Below, piece by piece: positions 51,881 to 60,941 of a stretch of DNA of 64,000 bases. The first letter of the stretch is position 1. Each line of letters starts with the position of its first letter. A program made the position numbers and the translations under genes. The notes beneath the pieces are model-generated. The model was not told where the DNA came from and searched no databases. It worked only from the letters and a program-made list of their open reading frames with translations. Origin of the DNA: a virus (Duplodnaviria > Caudoviricetes); the IMG/VR virus record IMGVR_UViG_2928125067_000004, positions 1,947 through 65,946 of that record. One strand, given 5' to 3'.

Positions 51881-52685
51881 TGGGGGTTGGCGTTCCGTGC
51901 AGTTAAATTACCGCGTGACCCAGGCCGGCCTTCCCCAACGCGTGCAACAGCGCCTCGACGCTCTCGGGATGAGCGCCCGTCAGGCGTCGCTCGATGCGAA
52001 GCTCAGCAGCGCGTTCGCGACGAACATCCTCAACGGGAAATCCAAGTCGCCGCGCTCGGAGAATCTCCACAAGCTCGCCGCTGTCCTGGGGACGACGGTG
52101 AACTGGCTGGTGAACGCGGAGGGCCCCGAAACCCCAGAAGCCAATGGGTACGCCCGCGTCGACGATGCTCTCAGGCTCGCGATGGAGGAAACGGCGCTGC
52201 GTGCCGGGGATCTGATGCCGGTCCTGGGGGAGGTCGCGGCCGGCCGATGGCTGGAGGTCGAACAGCACATTGACGAGTCGCGCTTCGAGCCGGCTCCGAT
52301 CACGCCCGATCCGCGGTGGCGTCGAGAAGCGCAGTACGGCCTCGTGGTGCGAGGGACGTCGCTCAACCTCTATGCCGCTGACGGTGACACGCTTCACTGC
52401 CTCGACATTCGCCAGAGCGGCCGCCTTCCCGTGAACGGAGATCTCGTGATCGTCGAGAAGGTCCGGGACGGCGGCCAACTCCGCGAGCGAACGGCCAAGG
52501 CCTACCACGAAGGCGAAAACCAGTTCGTCGAGCTGCGCGCCTATAGCGATGACCCCCGCTGGGACGAACCGATCCACGTTCCGCATCGGGTTTTCAGCTA
52601 CGTCATAGAGAAAGGCCTCAGCGTCGAAATCGTCGCGATTGTACTCGGCTCATATAGGCCGATGCCAAAAATTCTACGCCGATAA
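51846..52685 (+). CDS. cI: CI-like repressor (XRE HTH plus S24 peptidase); real start probably near 51916
   Basis: MSARQASLDAKLSSAFATNILNGK...ENLHKLAAVLG HTH; VAAG cleavage site; VRGTSL and TAK catalytic motifs. Confidence 0.9.
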   Translation: MFTARVNGKHTAGGWRSVQLNYRVTQAGLPQRVQQRLDALGMSARQASLDAKLSSAFATNILNGKSKSPRSENLHKLAAVLGTTVNWLVNAEGPETPEANGYARVDDALRLAMEETALRAGDLMPVLGEVAAGRWLEVEQHIDESRFEPAPITPDPRWRREAQYGLVVRGTSLNLYAADGDTLHCLDIRQSGRLPVNGDLVIVEKVRDGGQLRERTAKAYHEGENQFVELRAYSDDPRWDEPIHVPHRVFSYVIEKGLSVEIVAIVLGSYRPMPKILRR

Positions 52686-52699
52686 AAAAACATTCGAGG

Positions 52700-53056
52700 T
52701 TGTTAGCGATGCTGCGTTCGTCGAGCATTTTCGCAATGTCCATGGTTGCAGGTCTTTGCTGCTCAATCCCCGCACGCGCTGTCACGGAAGAGCAAAAGCA
52801 GGCGGCGATCGAGAACCTCGCGATGATCTCCATGGCGAAGAAATGGTGCACCGACTATCAAATCGATCAAGAGAGCACCGTTGCTGCTGCGATGTCAGTG
52901 GTTGATCTGACGCAGGAGCCTTACACAACCAAATTCAAAGAACAGCGCGGCGCAGCCGAGAAAATGGTGGGACAGTACGGTACGACAACGTTTTGCCTCG
53001 CCGCGTTCAAGATCTATGGGCCCGAACGCGGCATGAATTTAATGATGAAGAAGTAA
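52700..53056 (+). CDS. Secreted hypothetical protein in the immunity region
   Basis: Signal peptide ending ARA; two Cys; follows cI; lower GC. Confidence 0.6.
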   Translation: MLAMLRSSSIFAMSMVAGLCCSIPARAVTEEQKQAAIENLAMISMAKKWCTDYQIDQESTVAAAMSVVDLTQEPYTTKFKEQRGAAEKMVGQYGTTTFCLAAFKIYGPERGMNLMMKK

Positions 53057-53058
53057 GT

Positions 53059-53325
53059 TCAGAACGGCAGTTGATCGGCTATTCCGGAAGGTACACGACC
53101 AAAGACCGCCAGCGTCGTCGGCTCGGAACCGTCGTCGAAATCTGGATCCACGATGGTGCGTGTAAATGCGGCCGCGCCGATAGCGCGTCCATTGCGCACC
53201 TTCTCCTCCGCAATCTTGCAGGCGTCCGCTGCATCCTTTGCTCCAAGGTAGCGGCCTTGGGCAAGCTTGCCCTTCTCGGCGACAAACAACTGCACACCGT
53301 GGGCGACGATTGGCTTCAGGGCCAT
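53059..53325 (-). CDS. Small LexA-boxed protein (88 aa), homologue of 587-838; candidate antirepressor
   Basis: MALKPIVAHGVQLF...GAAAF...LAVFGRVP; LexA box 47 nt upstream. Confidence 0.75.
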   Translation of the reverse strand: MALKPIVAHGVQLFVAEKGKLAQGRYLGAKDAADACKIAEEKVRNGRAIGAAAFTRTIVDPDFDDGSEPTTLAVFGRVPSGIADQLPF

Positions 53326-53371
53326 AAGCGATCCTAAACTCTGCGTTGACCCGATCGGACGCTCCGGACGC

Positions 53372-53386
53372 GAACAAAGCAAGAAC
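53372..53386. promoter_or_regulatory. Alphaproteobacterial LexA (SOS) box
   Basis: GAAC-AAAGCAA-GAAC, exact GAAC-N7-GAAC. Confidence 0.8.
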
Positions 53387-53427
53387 AGAGTTTTCCGCAG
53401 CTGTGGACGAGTGTGGATATCATTCGA

Positions 53428-53477
53428 GGTATTTTTACAGCGGAAACGGTTGACGCGGTAGATTTACAGCATACCAT
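53428..53477 (+). promoter_or_regulatory. OL operators and pL-like promoter
   Basis: GGTA-TTTT-TACAGC (53428) and GGTA-GATT-TACAGC (53457) match the OR half-sites; TTGACG-N16-TACCAT at 53450-53477. Confidence 0.7.
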
Positions 53478-53497
53478 ACCTGCCATCGCCAATCGCG

Positions 53498-53926
53498 ATG
53501 GAGTCGCCCGTGGCCGCCCGCCGCCGTACCAATTTCCCGACAGAGGTCCGCAAGGCCGCTCTCGCGCGCGCCGAGGGGCAGTGCGAGGGCGTGCTTCCGA
53601 CCGGCCTTCGCTGCGAGGCGGTGCTCCAGGCCAGCCAGTACGTCTTCGACCACGTCGTTACGGACTTCCACGGCGGCCGACCGGACCTGAGCAATTGTCA
53701 GGTGCTCTGCAAGGACTGCGATCGGGCGAAGACGGTCGCTGATCAGACCGCTATTGCCGACACCCGCCGCGCCTACGACGCGCACCATCGCCTGCGGGCG
53801 CCCCGCAAGCCGATGGCCGGCGGCCGCTACGACCGGGTGAGCAAGGGCTTCGACGGTCTCACCCGCGACCGGGACACCGGCACGGTCCGCTCCCGCTTCG
53901 GCTCGATCGACGTGAGGGACCTATGA
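53498..53926 (+). CDS. HNH endonuclease
   Basis: CEG...C...FDHVV...GG...LSNCQVLCKDCD. Confidence 0.85.
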   Translation: MESPVAARRRTNFPTEVRKAALARAEGQCEGVLPTGLRCEAVLQASQYVFDHVVTDFHGGRPDLSNCQVLCKDCDRAKTVADQTAIADTRRAYDAHHRLRAPRKPMAGGRYDRVSKGFDGLTRDRDTGTVRSRFGSIDVRDL

Positions 53927-54267
53927 GCGGTCCCGCTCACTCGCCTGCGCCCTGGCATCAGGACAGCGCGCGTCCCGAGATGGTGTTCGACAAGCGGGGT
54001 CGCCTCGTCGTCGACTGCGATCACCACGGCATGGGGCCGCGCGCGCAAGCCGCGGCCAACGGGGCGCTCGTGGCCGCGGCGCCCGAGATGCTCGTCCAGC
54101 TCAAGGGGATGCTCGGCCTCGCCGAATTCCTCATCGACGCGGTCAACGTCGACACGGACCTGACGAAGGTCGTGCTTCGCATGAACGGCGAGGCGGTCGC
54201 CGAGGTGCCGATCGCCGTAATCCTCGAGCACACCAAGGCTGCCGTTGCGAAGGCGGAGGGCCGCTGA
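53923..54267 (+). CDS. Hypothetical protein
   Basis: HSPAPW...ANGALVAAAPEML motif common in phage early genes. Confidence 0.6.
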   Translation: MSGPAHSPAPWHQDSARPEMVFDKRGRLVVDCDHHGMGPRAQAAANGALVAAAPEMLVQLKGMLGLAEFLIDAVNVDTDLTKVVLRMNGEAVAEVPIAVILEHTKAAVAKAEGR

Positions 54268-54268
54268 C

Positions 54269-54541
54269 ATGGCCGCTCGCGCCCGCCGCCAGCCCGCGCC
54301 CGAGCCGGCACCTGTCGTCCCGGCCCAACCGGACTTCGGCACGTACCGTCTGGAGCAGCTTGGCTCCTGCCAGTGCCGCTTCCCGTGCTCCTCGCGTGGG
54401 ACGGAGCACCGCTTCTGCGGGAAGCCGGCCGTCCAGCATCACCCGAAGCGCCCGGCAGTCTGGTGTGCCGACCATCGGCAGGTCGTGTTCGAGGCCTGGC
54501 GCCCGGGCGGCCAAGTCCTGCGCCGCGCGGGGAGGGCCTGA
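54269..54541 (+). CDS. GcrA C-terminal-like Cys/His domain protein
   Basis: LEQLGSCQCRFPC...HRFCGKP...VWCADH. Confidence 0.7.
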   Translation: MAARARRQPAPEPAPVVPAQPDFGTYRLEQLGSCQCRFPCSSRGTEHRFCGKPAVQHHPKRPAVWCADHRQVVFEAWRPGGQVLRRAGRA

Positions 54542-54542
54542 C

Positions 54543-55025
54543 ATGGCCCGCCTGCGGCCCGCCCTCACGCCCGGGCCCGGCCCGACGCTTCGTCAGGCCC
54601 GTGTGGCCGCCTTCAACGCCGCCTACCCGGTCGGTGCGCCGATCCTGGTGTGGGTCGGCCAGTACCGGGACGGCCAGCCGGTCGCGACGGAGGTCGAGGC
54701 GCCCGCGCGCTGCGCCGGCAAGACGGGCCCGATGGTCCTGGTGCGTGAGCATGGCTGGATCGCCCTGACGCACGTCTTCCACCGCGCTGATCCGACCGAG
54801 CAGCGCGAGCTGTTCCTCGACGCCCGCCGGATCGAGATCGAGAGCGCCGAGCTGCGGGTCGCGCCGGCGATCGCTGAAGGCCTCCGGTTGGCCGCGGCCG
54901 CTCGCGGGATCCGCGCTGGCGAGCTCGCCCGCCGCATCGTCGAGACCATCACGCGGGACGGCTTGATCGACGCCGTCCTGGAGGACGGAGCCCGCACCCA
55001 TCGCCGCTACGGGGAGGCTGCCTGA
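54543..55025 (+). CDS. Hypothetical protein
   Basis: FNAAYPVG motif; coupled. Confidence 0.55.
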   Translation: MARLRPALTPGPGPTLRQARVAAFNAAYPVGAPILVWVGQYRDGQPVATEVEAPARCAGKTGPMVLVREHGWIALTHVFHRADPTEQRELFLDARRIEIESAELRVAPAIAEGLRLAAAARGIRAGELARRIVETITRDGLIDAVLEDGARTHRRYGEAA

Positions 55026-55026
55026 C

Positions 55027-55401
55027 ATGGCCGCACGTCGTTTCACGATCGAGCAGCACGAGGGCATGGCCGCAATGCGCGAGGCTGGCCGCAGCTACGG
55101 CCAGATCGCGCTGTCCTTCGGCTGCTCCGAGTCCACCGCCTACTGGATCTGCCTGAAGCTCGGTGCCGATCTACCGGATGCCAAGCCGCTCCAGCCACGC
55201 GCGGCCGGCCCTGCGGTCGTGCAGCGCGGCGACCATGCCGTGCGTCGCTTTACGGCCGAGGACGACGCCCAGCTCCTTGCGCTCGCCGCCGAAGGCAAGG
55301 GCTACAGCGCGATCGGCAAGCTGATCGGCCGCCGGCCGAATTCGGTGCGCGCACGGCTGATGACCCTCGCCCGCCACGAAGCCCGGTCGGAGGCCGCCTG
55401 A
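55027..55401 (+). CDS. Tandem HTH protein (GcrA N-terminal-like)
   Basis: FTIEQHEGM...GRSYGQIA and FTAEDDAQLLALAAEGKGYSAIGKLIGRRPNSVRARL. Confidence 0.7.
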   Translation: MAARRFTIEQHEGMAAMREAGRSYGQIALSFGCSESTAYWICLKLGADLPDAKPLQPRAAGPAVVQRGDHAVRRFTAEDDAQLLALAAEGKGYSAIGKLIGRRPNSVRARLMTLARHEARSEAA

Positions 55402-55441
55402 CCTGCCTCACGCGAAGGAGCATCCGCTCGCCCACCGCTAC

Positions 55442-55705
55442 GTGGTCCCGGATCCTCAGACCGGCGAGCTCGTCTACGTGCTCGACTGGCTGGATCGGAC
55501 GCCTGAGCACGACTGGATCCTGACGATCGCCGGCGAGGCCGCGCGCCAGTTCCGGGAGCGTGCCGCGGCGCTCGGGCTTCACGAGAGCGGCGCCGTGCTG
55601 GCGGTCGTCGATTACCGCCTTCGGCCGCTGCCGCAGGCGCTCCGCCTGTTCCACCACGCCGAGCTGCCCGCCTACGACCCCGTGCCCGTGGGAGTGATCT
55701 CGTGA
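55442..55705 (+). CDS. Hypothetical protein
   Basis: Coupled ORF in the early operon. Confidence 0.5.
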   Translation: MVPDPQTGELVYVLDWLDRTPEHDWILTIAGEAARQFRERAAALGLHESGAVLAVVDYRLRPLPQALRLFHHAELPAYDPVPVGVIS

Positions 55706-56073
55706 GCCGCCACCTGCTCCTCGACCGGCCGGACCGGCACGTCGTGCTCGGGTTCGACCACCCGCTCCAGTCCTTCTTCGGGCAGGTGTTCCGCGGGCCG
55801 AGCACCGGCCGGCCCGGCAACGCAATCGCCGGTTGGCCGACCCGCTCCGGTCTTGGCGGCCGTCGCCCTGCCGTCAGCTCGGCGCAGAAAGCCAATGACC
55901 TGTCGGAACTCGGCGAGTGGGCCAAGGCTCAGATCCCGGACGAGTTCGCGACCGAGCCGCAGGCTGCCTACTACCTCGGCCTCTTGATCGGCCTCCTGTC
56001 GCACGAGTGCGACAGCGGTGAGGACGCGCCCGAGGCTCCGCTTCCCGACTGCCTGAGGGGAGCGCGCGCGTGA
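55702..56073 (+). CDS. Hypothetical protein
   Basis: VVLGFDHPLQSFFGQV; coupled. Confidence 0.55.
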   Translation: MSRHLLLDRPDRHVVLGFDHPLQSFFGQVFRGPSTGRPGNAIAGWPTRSGLGGRRPAVSSAQKANDLSELGEWAKAQIPDEFATEPQAAYYLGLLIGLLSHECDSGEDAPEAPLPDCLRGARA

Positions 56074-56513
56074 CCCGCCGGATCGACCTCATCCCCGACC
56101 CGCGCGAGCGCGCCGCCCTCGAAGCGCTCTGGCGCGCCCAGGGCTGGCCGCAGGCCGACATCGACGGCCTGGGTGATCGCCTCCGGGACGACGAGGCGCT
56201 GGACACCGGTCTCTCGAAGGTCCGGGCGATCCTGGCCGCTCTCGATGCCTTGCCGCCCCGGCCCCGCAAGGCCGGGTCTCTCAACGCCGCCGACGCCCAG
56301 GCCCTGCGCCTCGACCTCGGCGCCGATGCGATCGCCATCCTCGCTTGGACGCCGGGCGACGCCAACGTCGACATCGCGTTCGCCGCCGCCGGCAACTGCA
56401 CCGCCGCGTGGCGGTGTGCTCCGGACCGGGCCGCCAGCCTCACCGAGGTCCTCGCGGCCGCCGTCCCGTCCGCTCCCCCGTCCCCCGCCTCAACCCCGGA
56501 GACCCAGTCGTGA
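56070..56513 (+). CDS. Hypothetical protein
   Basis: Coupled ORF. Confidence 0.5.
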   Translation: MTRRIDLIPDPRERAALEALWRAQGWPQADIDGLGDRLRDDEALDTGLSKVRAILAALDALPPRPRKAGSLNAADAQALRLDLGADAIAILAWTPGDANVDIAFAAAGNCTAAWRCAPDRAASLTEVLAAAVPSAPPSPASTPETQS

Positions 56514-56800
56514 TCCAGCGTACCCTCGTCGCCACCACCATCCCGATGGCGCGCCGTCTGGCCCGCCTCGATCCCGTCACCCGCTCCAGCCCCGGCCTCG
56601 CGGCCGCGGCCCTCCGCCCGGACTTCCTGGCCGAGGACATCGACGCCCACCTGTCTGAAGCCATGGGCCTCGTCCCGGCGATGGTCCGGGTCGCCGAGTC
56701 CGACCGCCCCTGGGTCCTGGCGGCCGGCCACCTGCTCACGGCGGCGTCTCTCGCGGTTCTGTGCGGAGGCGGCGTCTACCTCTGGGCGGTCCTGTCGTGA
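56510..56800 (+). CDS. Hypothetical protein with C-terminal TM
   Basis: GTGA overlaps; hydrophobic tail. Confidence 0.5.
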   Translation: MIQRTLVATTIPMARRLARLDPVTRSSPGLAAAALRPDFLAEDIDAHLSEAMGLVPAMVRVAESDRPWVLAAGHLLTAASLAVLCGGGVYLWAVLS

Positions 56801-57174
56801 ACCGCCCGACCGCCTTCCTCGGCACCTTCGCCCGCAGCGATCCGCGGGCGCCCGGTCAGACGATGCACGCCACCATCGCCTTCCCGCGCGGCGAGTACGG
56901 GCCGGTCATTCAGGCGTTCGGCGCGCCGGATCCGGACGTCGGGCCGTCTGTGGCGGTGATCCCGTGCCGGCATCCGTATCACCCGTTCGGCGACGCCGAC
57001 GTGATGTTGCTCGCCTTCCTGCGCGAGTCCAACCGGCTGCTCGACTCCGGCAAGGCCGGGCTAGGCCCGGAGACGCTGCAGGAGATTAGCTACCTGCTGG
57101 CCCGGATGTCCGGACGGCAGCGTCGCCTCGACATCACCGCGCCGCCGCCGGCCACGGCTCCGGAGCGGCTGTGA
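56797..57174 (+). CDS. Hypothetical protein
   Basis: GTGA overlap. Confidence 0.5.
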   Translation: MNRPTAFLGTFARSDPRAPGQTMHATIAFPRGEYGPVIQAFGAPDPDVGPSVAVIPCRHPYHPFGDADVMLLAFLRESNRLLDSGKAGLGPETLQEISYLLARMSGRQRRLDITAPPPATAPERL

Positions 57175-57398
57175 TGGCCTACGACCTGGTCAAACAGACC
57201 CACCCCGGCGCGCCCTGCGCCATCGGCCTGTGGGTCGTCGAGATCGCCACCGGCCGCCGCGGCCGCATCCAGCAGCCCGTGCCCGGCTGCCGGGGCGTGC
57301 GCGTGAAGTTCGAGGGGCAGCTCCCGATCCAGGACTGCCCGCCCGACGCGCTCGCCTACGCCGAGCCGGCCCCGACCGCCGCCCCCAGTCAGCCCTGA
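57171..57398 (+). CDS. Hypothetical protein (SH3-like)
   Basis: IGLWVVEIATGRRGRI...VRVKFEG. Confidence 0.5.
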   Translation: MMAYDLVKQTHPGAPCAIGLWVVEIATGRRGRIQQPVPGCRGVRVKFEGQLPIQDCPPDALAYAEPAPTAAPSQP

Positions 57399-57691
57399 TG
57401 TGCCCGATGAACGCCGCCCCTTCCGCTTCCGCGACCCTGCTCGCCCAGATCGCCGCGACGCTCCACGTCCCCGTCGAGCACTTCATCGCGCCCCGCCGCG
57501 AGCCGACCGACGCCGAGCAGAGCCCCAGCGTGCATGTCGCTGCGTTGCTCCTCGATCCCGAGGGCGCCCGCGTCGCCGCCGCCTTCTTCCGCATGCCGCG
57601 CAACCAGCGTGTCGCCCTGGCGAACACCGCCGAGGCGATCGTCGACCTGTCGTCGGCGCCCGCTGCGACTGCGGCCGGGGAGCTGCGCTGA
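57398..57691 (+). CDS. Hypothetical protein (LLAQIAATLHVPVEHF)
   Basis: Coupled; resembles the C part of XRE regulators. Confidence 0.5.
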   Translation: MCPMNAAPSASATLLAQIAATLHVPVEHFIAPRREPTDAEQSPSVHVAALLLDPEGARVAAAFFRMPRNQRVALANTAEAIVDLSSAPAATAAGELR

Positions 57692-58014
57692 TGGCCTGGC
57701 CGTCGCGCGAGCGCCTGCACCACCCGGTGTCCGGCGAGAGCTATGCCGCCTTGCGCGACAAGGCGCGGGCGATGCGCGCGGCCGGCGCCACCGAGGCGGC
57801 GATCATGACCGCGCTCGACGTGAGCAAGCCCACTGTCTGGAGGTGGGTGCGCGATCTGCCCTGCCACAAGGCCGTGGCCCGCGCGAACCAGTACGTCGGC
57901 GCCCAGCAGCGCCGCCTCTACCCGCGCGGCACCGCCGCCTACGCCGCGAAGCTGCGTCGCGCCGAGATCCCGCTGTTAGCGCGGATCCGCCTCACCCAGG
58001 ACGCAGCGCGATGA
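57691..58014 (+). CDS. HTH protein
   Basis: GATEAAIMTALDVSKPTVWRWV. Confidence 0.6.
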   Translation: MAWPSRERLHHPVSGESYAALRDKARAMRAAGATEAAIMTALDVSKPTVWRWVRDLPCHKAVARANQYVGAQQRRLYPRGTAAYAAKLRRAEIPLLARIRLTQDAAR

Positions 58015-58517
58015 AGCCGGGCCTGCAGCTCGTGGCCTCGGCCGCCCGCACCGGTTCATGGCGGATCGCCGCCGACGAGTCGGTGATCGAGCTCGTGGTC
58101 GAGGGCGCCGTCGTCTGCACGATCGCCCCTTGGACCGACAACAAGTCGGGCGAGCTCGCCTGGTGGGGCGCGACGGCCGGCGATCGGCAGATCGGCCTCG
58201 ACGTGCGGCTGGCCGAGGTCTGCCGGATCGCGGCGCTGGACGCCGGCGTATCCGCGCCCGTTCCGCCCGAGCTGCTCGCAAGCCTCAGAGAAACCCTGGA
58301 TCCCGCTGACGCGACACCGCGCGTCGTCGCCAGCGCGGCCGCTCCGCTCCTGGAACGCCTCGCTGACCTCCTGGCTGCGATCCTCGACGAGCCGCTGCAC
58401 ACGCTGTCCGGCCCCGGGCCCGATGGCGGCCGCGAACCGCTGCAGCTGCGCCTCGCGCACTTTCGCCCGGACCTGGCCGAGCGTGCGGCCGTGCTCTTGG
58501 AGGAAGCCGGACGATGA
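58011..58517 (+). CDS. Hypothetical protein
   Basis: Coupled ORF. Confidence 0.5.
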   Translation: MKPGLQLVASAARTGSWRIAADESVIELVVEGAVVCTIAPWTDNKSGELAWWGATAGDRQIGLDVRLAEVCRIAALDAGVSAPVPPELLASLRETLDPADATPRVVASAAAPLLERLADLLAAILDEPLHTLSGPGPDGGREPLQLRLAHFRPDLAERAAVLLEEAGR

Positions 58518-58696
58518 CCGGCCGCTCCGCCCCGCTCGCCATCGCCATGGGCCTCCTCGTCCTCTCGATCGTCGTCGCGATCATCCTGATCCCGGTGTTG
58601 GACGAGCGCCTGCGGCGGCACGCGGCGCGGAAAGCCGTGGCCGAAGCCGCTGCCGACGACAATGCCCGAGGTCAGGCTCGCAAGGTGGCATCGTGA
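58514..58696 (+). CDS. Small single-TM protein
   Basis: Hydrophobic N half. Confidence 0.5.
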   Translation: MTGRSAPLAIAMGLLVLSIVVAIILIPVLDERLRRHAARKAVAEAAADDNARGQARKVAS

Positions 58697-59352
58697 AGCC
58701 CGGCCCGGTCCCAATCGGCGTCGCAGACGTCGCCGGCGGCTTCCTCGTGAGCCTGCCGCGCCAGTTCTGGCTCGTGGTCGGCCTGCGCAAGTCGTTCCCG
58801 CGTCTGCAGGCCGCGGCCGAGCCCTGGACGTACCTCGTCCCGGTCGGGCGCGACGTCGCCGCCCGGATCGAGGCGTGGATCGCCGAGGTCGACCTGCAGG
58901 CGCGCGCTGAGGCGCGCCGCCGCGCCTGGACTGCCACGGACGCCGAGTGGAACGGTGCCGGCGAGCCCGAGGCGCCCCGGCCGGTCGCGGCCGAGCCGGC
59001 GATCGTCGTCCTGCCGAAGAAGCGGACTGCCAAGTCGGTGCTTCAGCTGCTCGCGGATCTCGCCGCCGGCGCCGTCCTGGTGGTGACCGTCAGCGACGAT
59101 GGCGCGCGTGGCTACCGCCTCGCGCCGTCCGGCCGCCGGATCCGCACGGCCGTCGCCGAGCGCGCGATCGCACTGCGCCTGATCGTGCCGGGCAATGATG
59201 GCCTGTTCGGCCCCGAGTGGTCGCAGACCTGGCGTGCCCCGACTCCGCAGGAGGTCGCCGCGGCCACACCGAAGAAGGCCCGGAAGCTCAAGGCCGCCCG
59301 GCCGGACCGGGCCCGTCGATCCACCCCGCAGCCTCAGGAGGCCCGCCCATGA
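58693..59352 (+). CDS. Hypothetical protein (possible winged-helix C domain)
   Basis: Coupled; LIVPGNDGLFGPEWSQTW. Confidence 0.55.
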   Translation: MKPGPVPIGVADVAGGFLVSLPRQFWLVVGLRKSFPRLQAAAEPWTYLVPVGRDVAARIEAWIAEVDLQARAEARRRAWTATDAEWNGAGEPEAPRPVAAEPAIVVLPKKRTAKSVLQLLADLAAGAVLVVTVSDDGARGYRLAPSGRRIRTAVAERAIALRLIVPGNDGLFGPEWSQTWRAPTPQEVAAATPKKARKLKAARPDRARRSTPQPQEARP

Positions 59353-59702
59353 CGTCGCCGTCCATGATCCATGCCGCCCGCAACGCGCCGGACGCGCTCG
59401 CCCACGTCATCCGCATGGTGCGGGTGATTGAGGAGCGCCTGTCCGGCCCCGAAGAGGCCTGCACCAACGTCCACCTCTTTCAGGCGGGCTTCACCGAGGT
59501 CCAGGTGCACGCCTTCCGGGACCCGGCCCGCGCTCTAATGCAGGGCCAGCCGACGGGGCTACGGCACAACCCGCCCGGACGGCTCGCAGCGAAGCTTGCC
59601 CTGCAGCGCGTCCCGGATATTCGGGCCGCCTTCGCCCGGCGTCAGGCAGCAGAGCGGCCCACCTGGTCGGCGCCCGTGGTCACCGAGGCTGCATCCGCAT
59701 GA
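59349..59702 (+). CDS. Hypothetical protein
   Basis: Coupled ORF. Confidence 0.5.
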   Translation: MTSPSMIHAARNAPDALAHVIRMVRVIEERLSGPEEACTNVHLFQAGFTEVQVHAFRDPARALMQGQPTGLRHNPPGRLAAKLALQRVPDIRAAFARRQAAERPTWSAPVVTEAASA

Positions 59703-60385
59703 CCGCCGCTTCCGATCGCCTAAAGGCGAAGATAGCCGCCCTGCGCGCCAAGACGACGGGCGCCGGCTGCACGGAAGCTGAAGCGATGGCCGCGGCCGAG
59801 GTCGCTGCGCGGCTGATGCGGGAGCACGGCATGTCGGAGGACGAGCTGGTGATGACGGAGTCGACGGCGGCCGAGGCCTCGTCGCGGCCGAACTGGCGTT
59901 GGGATCTGGTCAACACGATCGCGGCCGTCACCAACACGGCCGCGATCTGGCAGTGGAACCGCCAGTTCCTGTTCATCGGCCGGGCGCCGGGCCCGGAGGT
60001 TGCGGCCTACCTGCGCGACCTGTGCGTCCGCTCGGTCGAAGCCGAGGTGAAGCGCTTCCAGGCGGGCGAGTTCTACCGTCGCCGACGCAACCTGCGCACC
60101 CGGCGGGCGGCCACGACCGACTTTACCGACGCGATGGTCCTGCGGCTGCGCCAACGGCTGACCGCGCTGTTCCGCGAGTCGCGCGATCCGACCGCACTCG
60201 CGGCCGCGCAGCGCGTCCTGGATGCGCGCTTCCCCGACACCCGGGAGTGCGGGCGATCTGCGCGTGACCCGCGGTTCCAGGACGCTGCCTGGGCCGGCCA
60301 TCGCGCCGGCGATCGCGCCCGCCTCGACCGCGGCGTCGCCAACGCCGGCACGGCGCCGGCCGGTCTCATCGAGAGGGCATCATGA
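59699..60385 (+). CDS. DUF2786-domain protein
   Basis: KIAALRAKT...[20 protein letters not shown] signature. Confidence 0.75.
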   Translation: MTAASDRLKAKIAALRAKTTGAGCTEAEAMAAAEVAARLMREHGMSEDELVMTESTAAEASSRPNWRWDLVNTIAAVTNTAAIWQWNRQFLFIGRAPGPEVAAYLRDLCVRSVEAEVKRFQAGEFYRRRRNLRTRRAATTDFTDAMVLRLRQRLTALFRESRDPTALAAAQRVLDARFPDTRECGRSARDPRFQDAAWAGHRAGDRARLDRGVANAGTAPAGLIERAS

Positions 60386-60657
60386 CTGCGGGCCTGTCCA
60401 CATCGGGCGACGTCTCCGCCGCCGAGGGCGTCGCGGCCGACGAGCTGAAGGCCTTCATCGAGCGCCTGGAGCGTCTCGAGGAGGAGAAGGCCGGCATCAT
60501 GGGCGACATCAAGGAGGTGTTCGCTGAGCTGAAGGGCCGGGGCTTCGACGCGAAGGCCGTTCGCACGATCCTGCGCGTTCGCAAGCAGGACCACAGCGAG
60601 CGCCAGGAACAGGAGGCGATCCTCGAGCTGTACATGCAAGCGCTGGGGATGGCGTAG
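60382..60657 (+). CDS. gapR: GapR/DUF2312 nucleoid-associated protein
   Basis: [44 protein letters not shown]...[13 protein letters not shown]. Confidence 0.92.
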   Translation: MTAGLSTSGDVSAAEGVAADELKAFIERLERLEEEKAGIMGDIKEVFAELKGRGFDAKAVRTILRVRKQDHSERQEQEAILELYMQALGMA

Positions 60658-60659
60658 CG

Positions 60660-60941
60660 ATGGCCCGCAAGGACACGCACAAGCTCCCGGATCCGCAACC
60701 GGAAATCGCCCGAAGCATCGCCTCACCGGCGACCACGGCTGCGCTCGCACGCACGACGGACCGTCTGCTGGCCAAGGCCGAACTCGCACTCCGTGAGGCA
60801 TGCTGCCTCTGGAGCGACGTCGACGGTTACGTGGAAGAGCGCCTCGAAACCATGGCACAGGACGTCCTGCGGCTGCGGAACGAGACGGTCGACCACGTCC
60901 GTGAAGCCTACGGGGATCGTCTCGGGGAGGCGCCCCTGTGA
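60660..60941 (+). CDS. Hypothetical protein
   Basis: Coupled ORF. Confidence 0.5.
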   Translation: MARKDTHKLPDPQPEIARSIASPATTAALARTTDRLLAKAELALREACCLWSDVDGYVEERLETMAQDVLRLRNETVDHVREAYGDRLGEAPL

